A stretch of 64,000 bases of DNA. Origin: Octopus bimaculoides. Its lineage: Eukaryota. A program made the position numbers and the translations under genes. The notes under the pieces were generated by a model that was not told the DNA's origin, searched no databases, and was given only the letters and a program-made list of their open reading frames with translations. The stretch is taken from positions 43,352,212 to 43,416,211 of the forward strand of contig NC_068999.1 of NCBI RefSeq assembly GCF_001194135.2. The letters run 5' to 3'. Within the stretch, counting starts at the first letter, position 1. The number at the start of each line of letters is the position of its first letter. Of the stretch, positions 1 to 11,682 are shown one piece after another.

Positions 1-275
1 TATACATATATGTACATATGCATGTATACATATATGTACATATGCATGTATACATATATGTACATATGCATGTATACATATATGTACATATGCATGTATA
101 CATATATGTACATATGCATGTATACATATATGTACATATATGTACATATATGTACATATGTATGTATATATGTATGGATATATATACTTGTTTGTGCATG
201 CATGCATGTAAATACATATGTACATATGCATGTACATATGTATGTATGTATGTACATATGTATGCATGTATGTTT
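1..275. repeat. 24-bp minisatellite (TATACATATATGTACATATGCATG)n decaying into TA/CA-type repeats
   Basis: About five exact 24-bp units visible, source of the MYICMYTY pseudo-ORFs. Confidence 0.95.
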
Positions 276-429
276 GTAGATAAGAAATAAAATGAAATAC
301 CTGACTTTCCCCCCTGGAGTAGGTGTCAGAAATGGTAAAGTGCCAGGCTATAAATGCTTTGGGTAATTTTGGTGTCTGCTTCTCTCCACTTTCTTGCGTT
401 CTGTCTGCAGAATGTCAACTTGACCTTTC

Positions 430-700
430 CCACTCCCCCCACCAGGGTTCTTGCTGAAATTGATAAAATAAGAATTGACAGGACTGGACTTGGAGAAGGA
501 ATTCCTTTTCAATCCATCCCCTTCTCTACTCTTCCTCCTCTGTTAATTTGGAGGATACCATCTATACAGCGAAGGGGGTGATCAGGTTGGCGGATGTGGG
601 CAAGGATCAAGTTTGCCTCTTTTTCCTGTTGTTTTAAGAGCAGGTCAGTCCAACCATGAGTCTTGTAGTCTTGTGTTACATAGTCAGACACAGTGTATCC
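430..700 (-). mobile_element. Decayed non-LTR retrotransposon ORF2 C-terminal remnant
   Basis: Minus-strand peptide ...ANLILAHIRQPDHPLR... resembles the LINE C-terminal 'I..DP.HPL' motif, and the segment is GC-richer than its flanks. Confidence 0.3.
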
Positions 701-777
701 CAGACTTCATTTTTCATTGGTGAATTACAGTCCTCATTGTCAACTCCTGTTTCTTTTTTGTTTTTTTTATTAAAAAC

Positions 778-962
778 CTGAGGGTTACATTTGAACGAGA
801 TTTAGCTGCTGTTTCTAGCTATTGAAGACACACACAAAGTGGCTTCATTGTTGACTCGAATTTCCATGGTTATCATTCTTCATGTTTATCCCCAGGTCAG
901 GCCAGATGGAGCAAACCTAGCTTATGATCAACAGCATCCCAGCCATGGCCATCCTGTCTTTT
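778..962. repeat. Unclassified dispersed repeat (motifs gatttagctgctgtttctagc; ccccaggtcag; ccagccatggccatcc)
   Basis: Related fragments recur near 14440-14500, 17850-18070, 20120-20320, 45640-45800, 53280-53350 and 54740-54800. Confidence 0.6.
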
Positions 963-1465
963 AAAATTTTTTTTTTATTCAGACACATGTGTGTATAGGT
1001 CTACTTACCTATGCAGTCTCCTATATATTTTGAGATGGACAAGTGTGATCTGAGGAAGATGTTGCTGTTATTTCCAGCAAGAAAATGCACCACAAGAAGT
1101 TTCTTTATTGGTTATACCACCACCACCATGGGGGATCCAATTGATGTTATTTTCACCAATAGCAACCTCATTATTTTCACTGATAATAATCTTAATTAAC
1201 GAGTCTTCTCCCACTTGCCTATCAATTAATGATGATATAGGCTAACTTCACACATCATTGGATGCGTGATGTTAGCAAGTATGAAATGCAACAACACAGA
1301 GTAATTAGTCACGAGAAAGACTGAGCAGGCATCAGATAAATGAGTGAAAGTGTGTAATGTACAACACCAAGGTTCAATCCTAGGTGGAGGTGGTGTATGC
1401 ATGAATGAAGATTGAGGGTAAATGCTAGGTGAAAAAGTGTTGTGTGCAGTTTTTCTCTAGCATTC

Positions 1466-1860
1466 TTATTTCTTTATTGCCCACAAGGGGCTAAACATAG
1501 AGGGGACAAACAAGGACAGACAAAGGGATTAAGCCGATTACATCGACCCCAGTGCGTAACTGGTACTTAATTTATCGACCCCGAAAGGATGAAAGGCAAA
1601 GTCGACCTTGGCGGAATTTGAACTCAGAACGTAACGGCAGATGAAATACCGCTAAGCATTTCGTCCAGCGTGCTAACGTTTCTGCCAGTTTCCCGCCTTC
1701 TGTCTGGTACTTAATGTATCGACTCTGAAATGATGAAAGCGATAGTCAACCGAAGGAGAATTCAAAGTCAGAATGTAAAGATGGACAAAAGGATGCTAAG
1801 GGTTTTTTTGTTTTTTTTTCGGTTTGCTAACAATTCTGCTGACTTGCTGTCTCAATAATA
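1466..1860 (-). mobile_element. Two head-to-tail tRNA-derived SINEs (Meta-domain/OK-like octopus family)
   Basis: Reverse complement shows the ggcgg..ctggcagaaacgttagcacg head, a GAGTTCAAATTCC B-box and gtcgactttgcctttcatcctttcggggtcgataaattaagtaccag. The second copy (1703-1860) is degenerate. Confidence 0.85.
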
Positions 1861-1864
1861 ATCA

Positions 1865-1960
1865 GACGGAAGCGTAGCTGCGTAGTTAAGAAGCTTGCTT
1901 CTCGAACATGTGATTCTGGGTTCAGTTCCACTGTGCTAAACTATATAGCCTTGTGTTGAC
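1865..1960 (+). mobile_element. Truncated OR1-like CORE-SINE head
   Basis: gtagctgcgtagttaagaagcttgcttc...gggttcagttccactg, similar to the full copy at 43314-43708. Confidence 0.6.
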
Positions 1961-2278
1961 CAAATTGTCAAGCAGGTTCTTCAGAGCAGAGATCATTTAT
2001 TGGTCGTTTTCAATTCTTGCGGTCATCAATCACGTGGCACTTGAAAAATAATGCAATTACTGCCTGTTGGTGACATGCAGTTTAGCAAATGGAAAAACCG
2101 GTCAGTTTGATAATTGCGTGTGCACTTCTATGTATATGCATCCCTGTGCGTGCATACACTGAAGATATTTTCCTTTTCCTGATTGTGTGTAAATAATTAA
2201 TGGTGTTCAACTTTGCTTTGCCCACAGTTTAATGTTAGTCTTGGTGACTCATTCACAAGTATTATATATATAAAAAAA

Positions 2279-2320
<42 letters not shown>

Positions 2321-2340
2321 TTCTTGTGAATATATATATA

Positions 2341-2495
2341 TCTGAGTGGTTGGCGTTAGGAAGGGCATCCAGCTGTAGAAACTCTGCCAAATTAGACTGG
2401 AGCCTGGTGTTGCCATCCGGTTTCACCAGTCCTCAGTCAAATCGTCCAACCCATGCTAGCATGGAAAGCGGACGTTAAACGATGATGATGATGAT
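2341..2495 (+). mobile_element. RTE-type retroelement 3' tail ending in (GAT)n, inserted in a (TA)n tract
   Basis: gtggttggcgttaggaagggcatccagctgtag...gacgttaaac(gat)5. A near-identical copy lies at 3136-3288. Confidence 0.8.
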
Positions 2496-2839
2496 ATATA
2501 TACACACACATAGAAAAGGAAATAATGTATTGTTTGTTTCTACGTCAAGTTATAAAAACAATTTAACAACATTAAACTGAAGAATTACTCTATATTTTTT
2601 AGTGCGAGCCCATGTTTATTAAACATTTTACAAGAAGCAAGACAGTGACCTCAAAGTTTTGGTCTGCCAGTCTTCATCAGTCAGTTCTCTCTCTTTCTCT
2701 CTCTCACTCTCTCACTCTTTCTCTCTCAATCTTTCTCTCATGCATACATACATACATGCATACATATATATATAAAACGTCCACACACACACACACATGT
2801 GCAACAAGTTGGATCAAACAGCCCAAACCATCTTGGAAA

Positions 2840-2990
2840 ACAGGAAAGAGACATTGGATAATGTAGTCCGACATACATGCTGGATGGTTAAGGATGGCAT
2901 TATTTTGACCATAGCTTTACTCGGACATAACTTGGGGCTCAACAACAAACATGGACCAAAAACATGGGATCTTATGATTAAAAATGGCAA
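2840..2990 (+). mobile_element. Decayed RTE-like LINE fragment
   Basis: Peptide LDNVVRHTCWMVKDGIILTIALLG...KHGPKTW resembles the RTE C-terminal pattern LRW.GHV.RM.D.RIPK..L.G...RGRP.KTW. Confidence 0.4.
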
Positions 2991-3039
2991 AAAACTATCG
3001 AATAGAAAATTCACAATACTTATAAATCTATGTACATAC

Positions 3040-3480
3040 AGACTCTTTTGCCGAACCGCTAAGTTACGTGGACTTAAACACAACGGCATCGGTTGTCAAG
3101 CGATGTTGGGGGGACAAACACAGACACACACATACGTGGTTGGCGTTAGGAAGGGCATCCAGCTGTAGAAACTCTGCCAAATTAGATTGGAGCCTGGTGT
3201 AGCCATCCGGTTGCACCAGTCCTCAGTCAAATCGTCCAACCCATGCTAGCATGGAAAGCGGACGTTAAACGATGATGATGATGATGATATATATATATAT
3301 GTATATATATATACACACACACACATATACGACGGGCTTTTTTCAGTTTCTGTCTACCAAATCCACTCACAAGGTTTTGGTCGGCCCAAGGATATAGTTG
3401 AAAACACTTGCCGAAGGTGCCATGCAGTGGGACTGAACCCAGAACCATGTGGTTCGTAAGCAATCTACTTACCACATGGC
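3040..3480 (-). mobile_element. OR1-like CORE-SINE with a nested RTE-tail insertion (3136-3288)
   Basis: Both OR1 halves (ctcttttgccgaaccgctaagttac... and gacgggc...ctaccaaatccactcacaagg...gtgggactgaacc) flank the RTE tail inside the SINE's internal microsatellite. Confidence 0.85.
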
Positions 3481-3789
3481 CAAAATGTATTCTTCATCAA
3501 GTTCCCTTAACTGATGCAGCCAGTCGTTTGGGTACCACACTAGAAGCACACACAGCCAAGGCAGATATCTATCTGTATGTATGTATGAGTTATGTGTATA
3601 TGTATATATATTAGAAAGAGAGAATGATGAATCACTTACAGCCATTCATTGTTAGGCAGCTACAACACCAATATTCATTTTTGTTGTAATTCAAGTCAGT
3701 TTTAAGTGATAAATCAACCTGACAACTTATTGTATATACCTGTTGCATTATGTTACTATACGCTATTCTATCCGTACTATATACATACA

Positions 3790-3985
3790 TATGCTCTTCG
3801 AAACGCCGGTGTTAAAACGGGGGTAGCTGATGAAGGAAAATGTTCTCTATGTGGCTTGTGTGTTTTCTGTACTATGGTTATTATTATTTTCTTGTCTACG
3901 TTTTGTTTGCAATGTCCTGTACCCAGATATGCACCTATATATACAGGTAGACGCAGGTATGCACATACCTGTACGTATATATGCA
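3790..3985 (+). mobile_element. About 200-bp dispersed repeat carrying GAAAC...CTGATGAAGG (Penelope/retrozyme-like), copy 1
   Basis: Shares the cttcGAAAC-N25-CTGATGAAGG head, T-rich body and gtcctgtaccc.atatgca tail with copies at 4230-4395 and 11440-11660. Confidence 0.6.
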
Positions 3986-4063
3986 TATACTCATTTATTA
4001 TTTGTTTTTATATATATATATGTATATATAAACATATGCGTGTATGAATATATGTATTTATGA

Positions 4064-4097
<34 letters not shown>

Positions 4098-4229
4098 GTG
4101 TATGTGTGTATCTAAATGTATATATGTGTGTGTGTATATGTATGTAGGGTAGGTGAGTATTTTGTAAATAGGGTTTAGTAGGCAGGGATATGAGTGGAAG
4201 CATGTTTTTATACACACACACACACACAT

Positions 4230-4388
4230 ATGCTCGAAATGAGGAGTAGATAGACAGCGGACAACTGATGAAGGGTCGCTCTTTGTTACTTGTCCTGTTT
4301 TCCATTTGTTTCTCATTGTTTGTGTATTGAACTCATTTGTTTTCGTATTTCATGTTGTTTACTGTTGGTAACATCCTGAACCCATATA

Positions 4389-4395
<7 letters not shown>
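4230..4395 (+). mobile_element. GAAAC...CTGATGAAGG repeat, copy 2
   Basis: gctcgaaatgaggagtagatagacagcggacaactgatgaaggg...catcctgaacccatatatgca. Confidence 0.55.
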
Positions 4396-4438
<43 letters not shown>

Positions 4439-4589
4439 CGCATATATATATATATCGTGAGAGAGAGAGTGATCTGTATGTGTATCCATGTCTCTATATG
4501 CCTTGTACTTAGCAGTTTGATTGGTAGAGATCAAGTTATGTGTTAGGATTTTACATGGCAAATATTAGAATTGAGAAGAGAGAACAAAA

Positions 4590-4621
<32 letters not shown>

Positions 4622-4624
4622 ATC

Positions 4625-4832
4625 CTTTCTACTAATGGCACAATGCCTGAAATGTCGGGGGAGGGTACTATTTGATTCACTGGTACCTAATTTATCGACC
4701 CCGAAAGGATGAAAGGTAAAGTTGACCTCGGCAGAATTTGAACTCAGAATGTGCAGGCAGACAAAATGCAGTAGAGCATTTTGCCCTGCCTGCTAATGGT
4801 TCTGCCAGCTTACCACCTTATAAATGATGATG

Positions 4833-4869
<37 letters not shown>

Positions 4870-5098
4870 TATGAATTGTAATGATTTCAAATTTTGCCAC
4901 AAGGGCAGCAACTTTGGGGGAGGGGATGAGTCAATTACATCGAACCCTCAGTGTTCAATTGGCACTTATTTTAGCGACCCCAAAAGGATGAAAGTTAAAG
5001 TCGGCCTCGGCGGAATTTGAACTCAGAACATAGCGACAGGCGAAATACTGATAAGCATTTCGTCCTGTGTGCTAACGATTCTGCCAGCTCGCCCCCTT
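4625..5098 (-). mobile_element. Two tandem Meta/OK-like SINEs separated by (AAT)n
   Basis: Diagnostic gaaaggatgaaagg.aaagt.gacctcggc.gaatttgaactcagaa at about 4705 and 4985. Confidence 0.85.
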
Positions 5099-5630
5099 AT
5101 AAATAATAATAATAATAATGATGATCTGAATCATAAAGTCCTGTTATAAGTTTCACTATGAATGTCCTGTTAGGGTACATTGTATAAATAAATAGGAACC
5201 AACCATACCAAGTTCATAGTGACCCCAATAAATTCTATACCCAAAACACAGTAATGGTTTTTTTTTTCTTTCTTTTTATTGATTCTGGTCATAACCCCCT
5301 GCCCTCCCCACCCTTCCCTTTCCTCCCTCTTCTTTTCCCTCTCCTTTCTCTCCTCTTTCTCATTCACTCATTGTATTGTTGCAATGCTTGGGTCTTTTGT
5401 TGTTTTTTTTTTGTGTGTTTTATTCTATCCCACCACCCACCACCTCAATACACTTTGGGGGAGTGGTATTTTTTGCAGGGTTTTCTTTATATTTTATATA
5501 TTTATGTTTTTCTATGTAGTTGTTCATGTCCCCTTCACTGCCACCCCCTCCTCTTTGGATTTTAATATCTGTTTTGCTTCTTTCTCTTTTTCTCTATATA
5601 TCCCTATTCTCTTTTGCTGTATGTAAGTAA

Positions 5631-5677
<47 letters not shown>

Positions 5678-6021
5678 AAAACTTACTATACACAAACATG
5701 TGTGTGTGTGTGTGTATTGTATGTATGCCTCAGTTTTTCTCAGTTCCATCTTCACCTATTTAGTCTTAACACTGTCTAGGTAGTTGTCTTATAAAAGTTT
5801 CTCTTTCTCTGTACCACACACACATACACACACACACACACACACTGGTTAATATGTGTGAGGAATCAGTCTATCTGTCTATCCATCCCTCTCATTTTAT
5901 ACACACACACACACACACACACACAATATATATATATACTCGCATAGATGTTTATTTACCTGTAAAGATATTGGTAGTTAATCTTTACATACACATCATT
6001 TACGCACTTTCTGTGTGTGTG

Positions 6022-6073
<52 letters not shown>

Positions 6074-7707
6074 NNNNNNNNNNNNNNNNNNNNNNNNNNN
6101 NNNNNNNNNNNNNNNNNNNNNNNNNNNNNNNNNNNNNNNNNNNNNNNNNNNNNNNNNNNNNNNNNNNNNNNNNNNNNNNNNNNNNNNNNNNNNNNNNNNN
6201 NNNNNNNNNNNNNNNNNNNNNNNNNNNNNNNNNNNNNNNNNNNNNNNNNNNNNNNNNNNNNNNNNNNNNNNNNNNNNNNNNNNNNNNNNNNNNNNNNNNN
6301 NNNNNNNNNNNNNNNNNNNNNNNNNNNNNNNNNNNNNNNNNNNNNNNNNNNNNNNNNNNNNNNNNNNNNNNNNNNNNNNNNNNNNNNNNNNNNNNNNNNN
6401 NNNNNNNNNNNNNNNNNNNNNNNNNNNNNNNNNNNNNNNNNNNNNNNNNNNNNNNNNNNNNNNNNNNNNNNNNNNNNACTGTTTGTGTGTGTGTGATGTG
6501 CTCTATTATCATAAACATATAAGCTACACATTTTTTTTATGCCCTCTACATACCCAGGAGATTCTACAAATTTAATGGTATACATATATATTTTTATATG
6601 CACATCATTATACACACACATATATTTCTTCCCCCTTTTATATGTGTGCCTGTGTTCCAAAAATGTGTCGGGTCTTCTAATAAAGACTTGACTTCAAAAC
6701 TGACTTACTTGTGGGGACATGCATAGGTTGTGTTCCTTTTGATTTTGTTGTAGTTTTACCCTTGGTCAGCCTTGGTCAAACGAACTTGCAATCAAAAAAG
6801 TATTTTAGCTCTAAATATATCCCAGCTTTTATTCAGACATAGTCTAGCTAGATTAACACAGTTATGTAACTCATCCTGAGTTTATTTTTAAGTCGGATGT
6901 AGCTATATCATGGAGTTTTGGCTTCTATTTTTAGCAGTCGAGGTACTATATTGAAGCTCCTTTATAAGTTAATTCTTTTAATAAACTGATTACTGTAGAT
7001 CTATCTTTTTATCTATCTATCTACCAATCTACCTATATATCTATCTACCTACCTATCTATCTACATACCTACTTACCTATCTATCTATCTATTTACCTGT
7101 ACCTATCTATCTATTTACCTGTACCTATCTATCTATCTATTTACCTGTACCTATCTATCTATCTTGAAAGAAAGACACAAAATTTAATCATTCAGTAGAA
7201 AAGCTCTTATTAAAACCATAGATAATATTATCAAAATTTTGGGGCCTCATAAACCACTCAGGAGGACATTCTGGTTGTAATCTCTGCTTAATGTTATCAG
7301 TCAGTTATTGTTGATCAGAAAGCTCTGTCCCAAAGTGATAACAGCGAGCAGCTTCGGTTGTACACACTTAACATGTGTGTGTGTGTGTGTGGGGGTTGTT
7401 GTTGTTGTTGTTGTTGTTGTTGTTAACATACTTGTTTCCCTAAAAAAGTCTCCAAAAATCATCCCAGTCTATATATGAAGTGAGGTCCCCTATAAGATAA
7501 TTCTATATAGTTTAATGCGCTAGAAACTTATTTTCTCAATATGTGGTGGGGTGCGTCTAACATACCCTTGTATCTTTTGTGCCATCAAATTATGTATACA
7601 TACATGTGTGTGCACACACACACACACACACTTTCCTTTTACACATTTTAGATATATATATAGCTATATATATATATATTCCGTTTACGACCATCCCCAA
7701 ATACAAC

Positions 7708-7751
<44 letters not shown>

Positions 7752-8330
7752 TCACTCGCACATGCACAGATAGAGAGAGAGAGAGAGAAAGAGAGTTTTG
7801 TCCGTTTTGAAAATTTCTGCTGGTTGTCCTGACAAAATGGCCGACACTTGTATTGTGTTGTGTTGGACAAGCTTCTTGTTCTCTCTCCTGCTGTGCAACC
7901 AAACAATACCTACTGCTGCTGCTGCTGTCCCAAGCTGTATAAACCTTTCCACACAAAACTCCGACTCTCTCTCTCTCTCTCTCTCTCTCNNNNNNNNNNN
8001 NNNNNNNNNNNNNNNNNNNNNNNNNNNNNNNNNNNNNNNNNNNNNNNNNNNNNNNNNNNNNNNNNNNNNNNNNNNNNNNNNNNNNNNNNNNNNNNNNNNN
8101 NNNNNNNNNNNNNNNNNNNNNNNNNNNNNNNNNNNNNNNNNNNNNNNNNNNNNNNNNNNNNNNNNNNNNNNNNNCCCCCCCCCCACGCCTCTGCCCCTCT
8201 CTCTCTCTCTCTCTCTCTGTCTGCATTACTGCTGTTTTGATTGTTCTTGCAGTATTATAGATTGATTGGGGGTGGACTCATGAATATTACATGAGCACAA
8301 ATTGTATCTCATGGAGATTGTGGCGAGAGC

Positions 8331-8375
<45 letters not shown>

Positions 8376-8421
8376 ATACCTACAGACATACAAGCACACA
8401 CATACATACATATGACACATT

Positions 8422-8452
<31 letters not shown>

Positions 8453-8591
8453 TCATATATATGCAAGCAGTCATATATATCCACACACACATACATATAG
8501 TAAGACATATACATATGTACATACATATCTATATTTACATACATACACACACATACATTCACACTCACCTATCTATCTATGTATATCCAGC

Positions 8592-8623
<32 letters not shown>

Positions 8624-9453
8624 AACACATACATATGACACACATACACATATGCATATGACAATATATATATTCACATATATGCAAGCAGTCATATATT
8701 TATACACACACATACATATAGTAAAGGACATATACATATGTACATACATATCTATATTTACATAAATACACACACACACACACACACATTCACACTCACC
8801 TATCTATCTATCTATCTATCTATGAGAGAGAGAGAGAGAGAGAGAAAAGAGAGTGAGAGGTAGACAGACAAGCATGATAGATATATATTAGTAGGGAATG
8901 AAAATAATCAAAGAGAACGAGAAGGAGAGTGAACAAAGGATATAGGGAGAGTGAGAAAAAAAAAAGCTGTTACCTGTCATTATTCATTACTAATCACATG
9001 AATAATTAATACAATTTTTATCATTATCATCACATCATCGTCATTATTACTTTTCTTTTTCTCTTTTTTTTTTTTTTAGTTTTGTTATTCTATTAATTAT
9101 TTATAAAGTTTTATCGAATTATTTCTGTGTTAATACAGATTTTTTTTTTTAGTATTTTTTTTTATAGTTTTTTTTAGGGTTGTTGAAAATATAATTATTA
9201 ATAGTTACTTTCATTATATATACACACCCTCGTATGATATACATACATACATATACACACTCATATATATGTATAAATATATGCATGTGTACATATATAC
9301 ATCTGTTTAAATAGGTGAACTTTTATGCTTTGCACTCAGTGCTGTGTCTAATTTCAGTCTAATTTCAAGAGGGAAATGTTGAGATTTTTCTATCTCTGCA
9401 TGTCTGTGTGTTTGTGTTTATTTAATTGAATTCTTTCTATTTTTTTTACAATT

Positions 9454-9490
<37 letters not shown>

Positions 9491-9862
9491 TAAATCAGCT
9501 GAGGCTAGTAGTTCTTTTATTATGTCAATCTTAAAAAAAAATCAAATTTTAATACACACACACACATAAAACTATATATATACGTATATCGTTATGTTTT
9601 GGGATGGTCATCTTTTTTTTTTTTTTTTTTTTTGCCACATAAACACATGCACTATATACTCCTTCTTCACTTCAGAATAATTCCTCTGTTTAGACGAACA
9701 TTCCTACCTTTTCGGACAAAACCTTTTGTAACCTTCGTCCTGTCTTTGTCCTTATGTGTTTTTAATTGATATTAGCCCTTGTGGCCAATAAAACGAATTA
9801 TTATTATTTCGTATGTGTATTTCGTGTGCAAGATTCTTGATGTGGATACGTGTGTTGAAAGA

Positions 9863-10053
9863 AATACAATTAAACCTTGGGAGAGGCATTATGCCGGTCA
9901 TAAACACACGCACTGGTTCAGTCCTTTATTAATTTATATAGTTGTTTGTTAAATTTAAATAATTTAACAAAAAACTATATAAATTAATAAAGGACTGAAC
10001 CAGTGCGTGTGTTTATTACCGGCATAATACCTCTCCCAAGGTTTAATTGTATT
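9863..10053. repeat. Near-perfect 191-bp palindrome (93-bp arms, 5-nt loop, 3 mismatches)
   Basis: 9863-9955 is the reverse complement of 9961-10053. The loop is taaat. Confidence 0.95.
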
Positions 10054-10884
10054 ATTATTATTACTATTATTATTATAATTTTAGTGTTGTTTGTCTGAAA
10101 TCTTTTGTCACACTTCCTGTGACCTCTTCAACAACTCTCCATTCCACGTGTCTTCTTTCAGCAATGGAACTACACGTGTGCCATTGGCAATTTCCTTTTC
10201 CATCTTTGGTCTTTTCCCTCTCTCTCTTTCCAAATGAAGGAGCTATGCTTAAAACGTGGAACTCTCTCTCTATCTCTCTCTTTTTTCCACCGAACATCAA
10301 GCTAACACATGTCTTATGTATGGCCTCACGACCGTTTTTATTCGTTTATTTGAATTGACAGATATATAGAATAAGATAATTTTTAATGGAGACAATATTC
10401 CGTGTATAGTACAACTGTTTTTCTTTTTGTTTTTTTTTTGTGCTCGTTTAAAAGCTAAGGAGTGATCAAAAATTTGTAGAAGATAAATTCCAGTCATCAA
10501 TATTTTACGTCCGAAAATAAAATCATGCTTATTTATAGTGATTTATAAGACTTGAATGGGATGCATATCCTTATAAAATAAATTCAAAATACGAAAATAT
10601 TAAATGGTAATAAAAAAGATTGATAAAAATAAGATATAATGTGTAAATGAAGTAAGAAATAAAAACATGAAAACCGTGTATGCGTGTGTAGATACATGTA
10701 TTTGACGGAAAATAAATAGTTCAGTAATACGAGATATCATGAAGGTAAAAGTTTGTTAAAAATGGAAATCAGTGAAAAACCTATGGCCATTTCAGAAAAT
10801 ATTAAGGGCTGTAGGAAAGGAACAGTCCGTAGTCGACTCGATCGAATAATATTTCCTTCTTTAGGATTTATTGCTTGTGGTAGT

Positions 10885-11219
10885 GAAGGCGCATAGCTCA
10901 GTGGTTAGTGTCGAGCTTACGATCGTGAGATTGTGAGTTCGATTCCTGGATCGGGCTGCATGTTATGTTCTTGAGCAAGACACTTTATTTCATGTTGCTC
11001 CAGTTCACTCAGCTGTAGAAATGAGTTGTGATGTAACTGGTGCCATGCTGTATCGGCCCCTTTGCCTTTCCCTTTGATAACATCAGTGGTGTGGAGAAGA
11101 GGAGGCTGGCATGCATGAGTGACTGCTGGTCTTCCACAAACACCCTTGCCCGGACTTGTACCTCAGAGGGGAACTTTCTAGGTGCAATCCCATGGTCATT
11201 CGTGACCGAAGGGGGTCTC
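10885..11219 (+). mobile_element. Full-length OR2-like CORE-SINE
   Basis: A-box TAGCTCAGTGG (10894), B-box GTTCGATTCC (10937), CORE-like ttcttgagcaagacactttatttcatgttgctccagttcactcagctgtagaaatgag. Confidence 0.9.
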
Positions 11220-11439
11220 CAACTGTTATGGTAAGGTTCATTTTAAATTCTACAGGATGGTACCTATTGGTGGGTGGACATCGAATGATTAAAAATATAA
11301 CTGACGAAATTGAGACAGGGACATCCAAAATCATTGTAAGCACAATTTCATTTTCGGACGTAAAGTACAGACAACTGAAATTTTTATCTTCTACAAATTT
11401 TTATATATATACATTGTGGGAAGGACTGTTTTAACGAAG

Positions 11440-11660
11440 TCACGTCTTGTCCCTACCTTCGAAACGCAGAGTAGATAAAACGGGGGACAACTGATGAAGG
11501 GAATGTTCTTTATGTTGGCTATCTCATTTCTTTGTTTGTTTCTTTCATTGTTTGAAAGAAAAGTTCGTTTTCCATGTTTTTGTTTTTTTTATATTCTCGT
11601 TTCTCATTTTGTTGACGTTTTTTGATGTCCTGTACCCATATATGCATCTATATATACATA
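11440..11660 (+). mobile_element. GAAAC...CTGATGAAGG repeat, copy 3 (best preserved)
   Basis: GTCttgtccc at 11444, GAAAC at 11461, gggacaaCTGATGA at 11484-11497, second GTCctgtaccc at 11627. Confidence 0.6.
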
Positions 11661-11682
11661 TATATGTAGGTATGTACATATA

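Noticed and set aside
10885-10960. tRNA gene (A- and B-boxes present), likewise at 61756 and 43708
   Set aside because: The boxes belong to tRNA-derived SINE heads followed by CORE sequence, and there is no complete cloverleaf.
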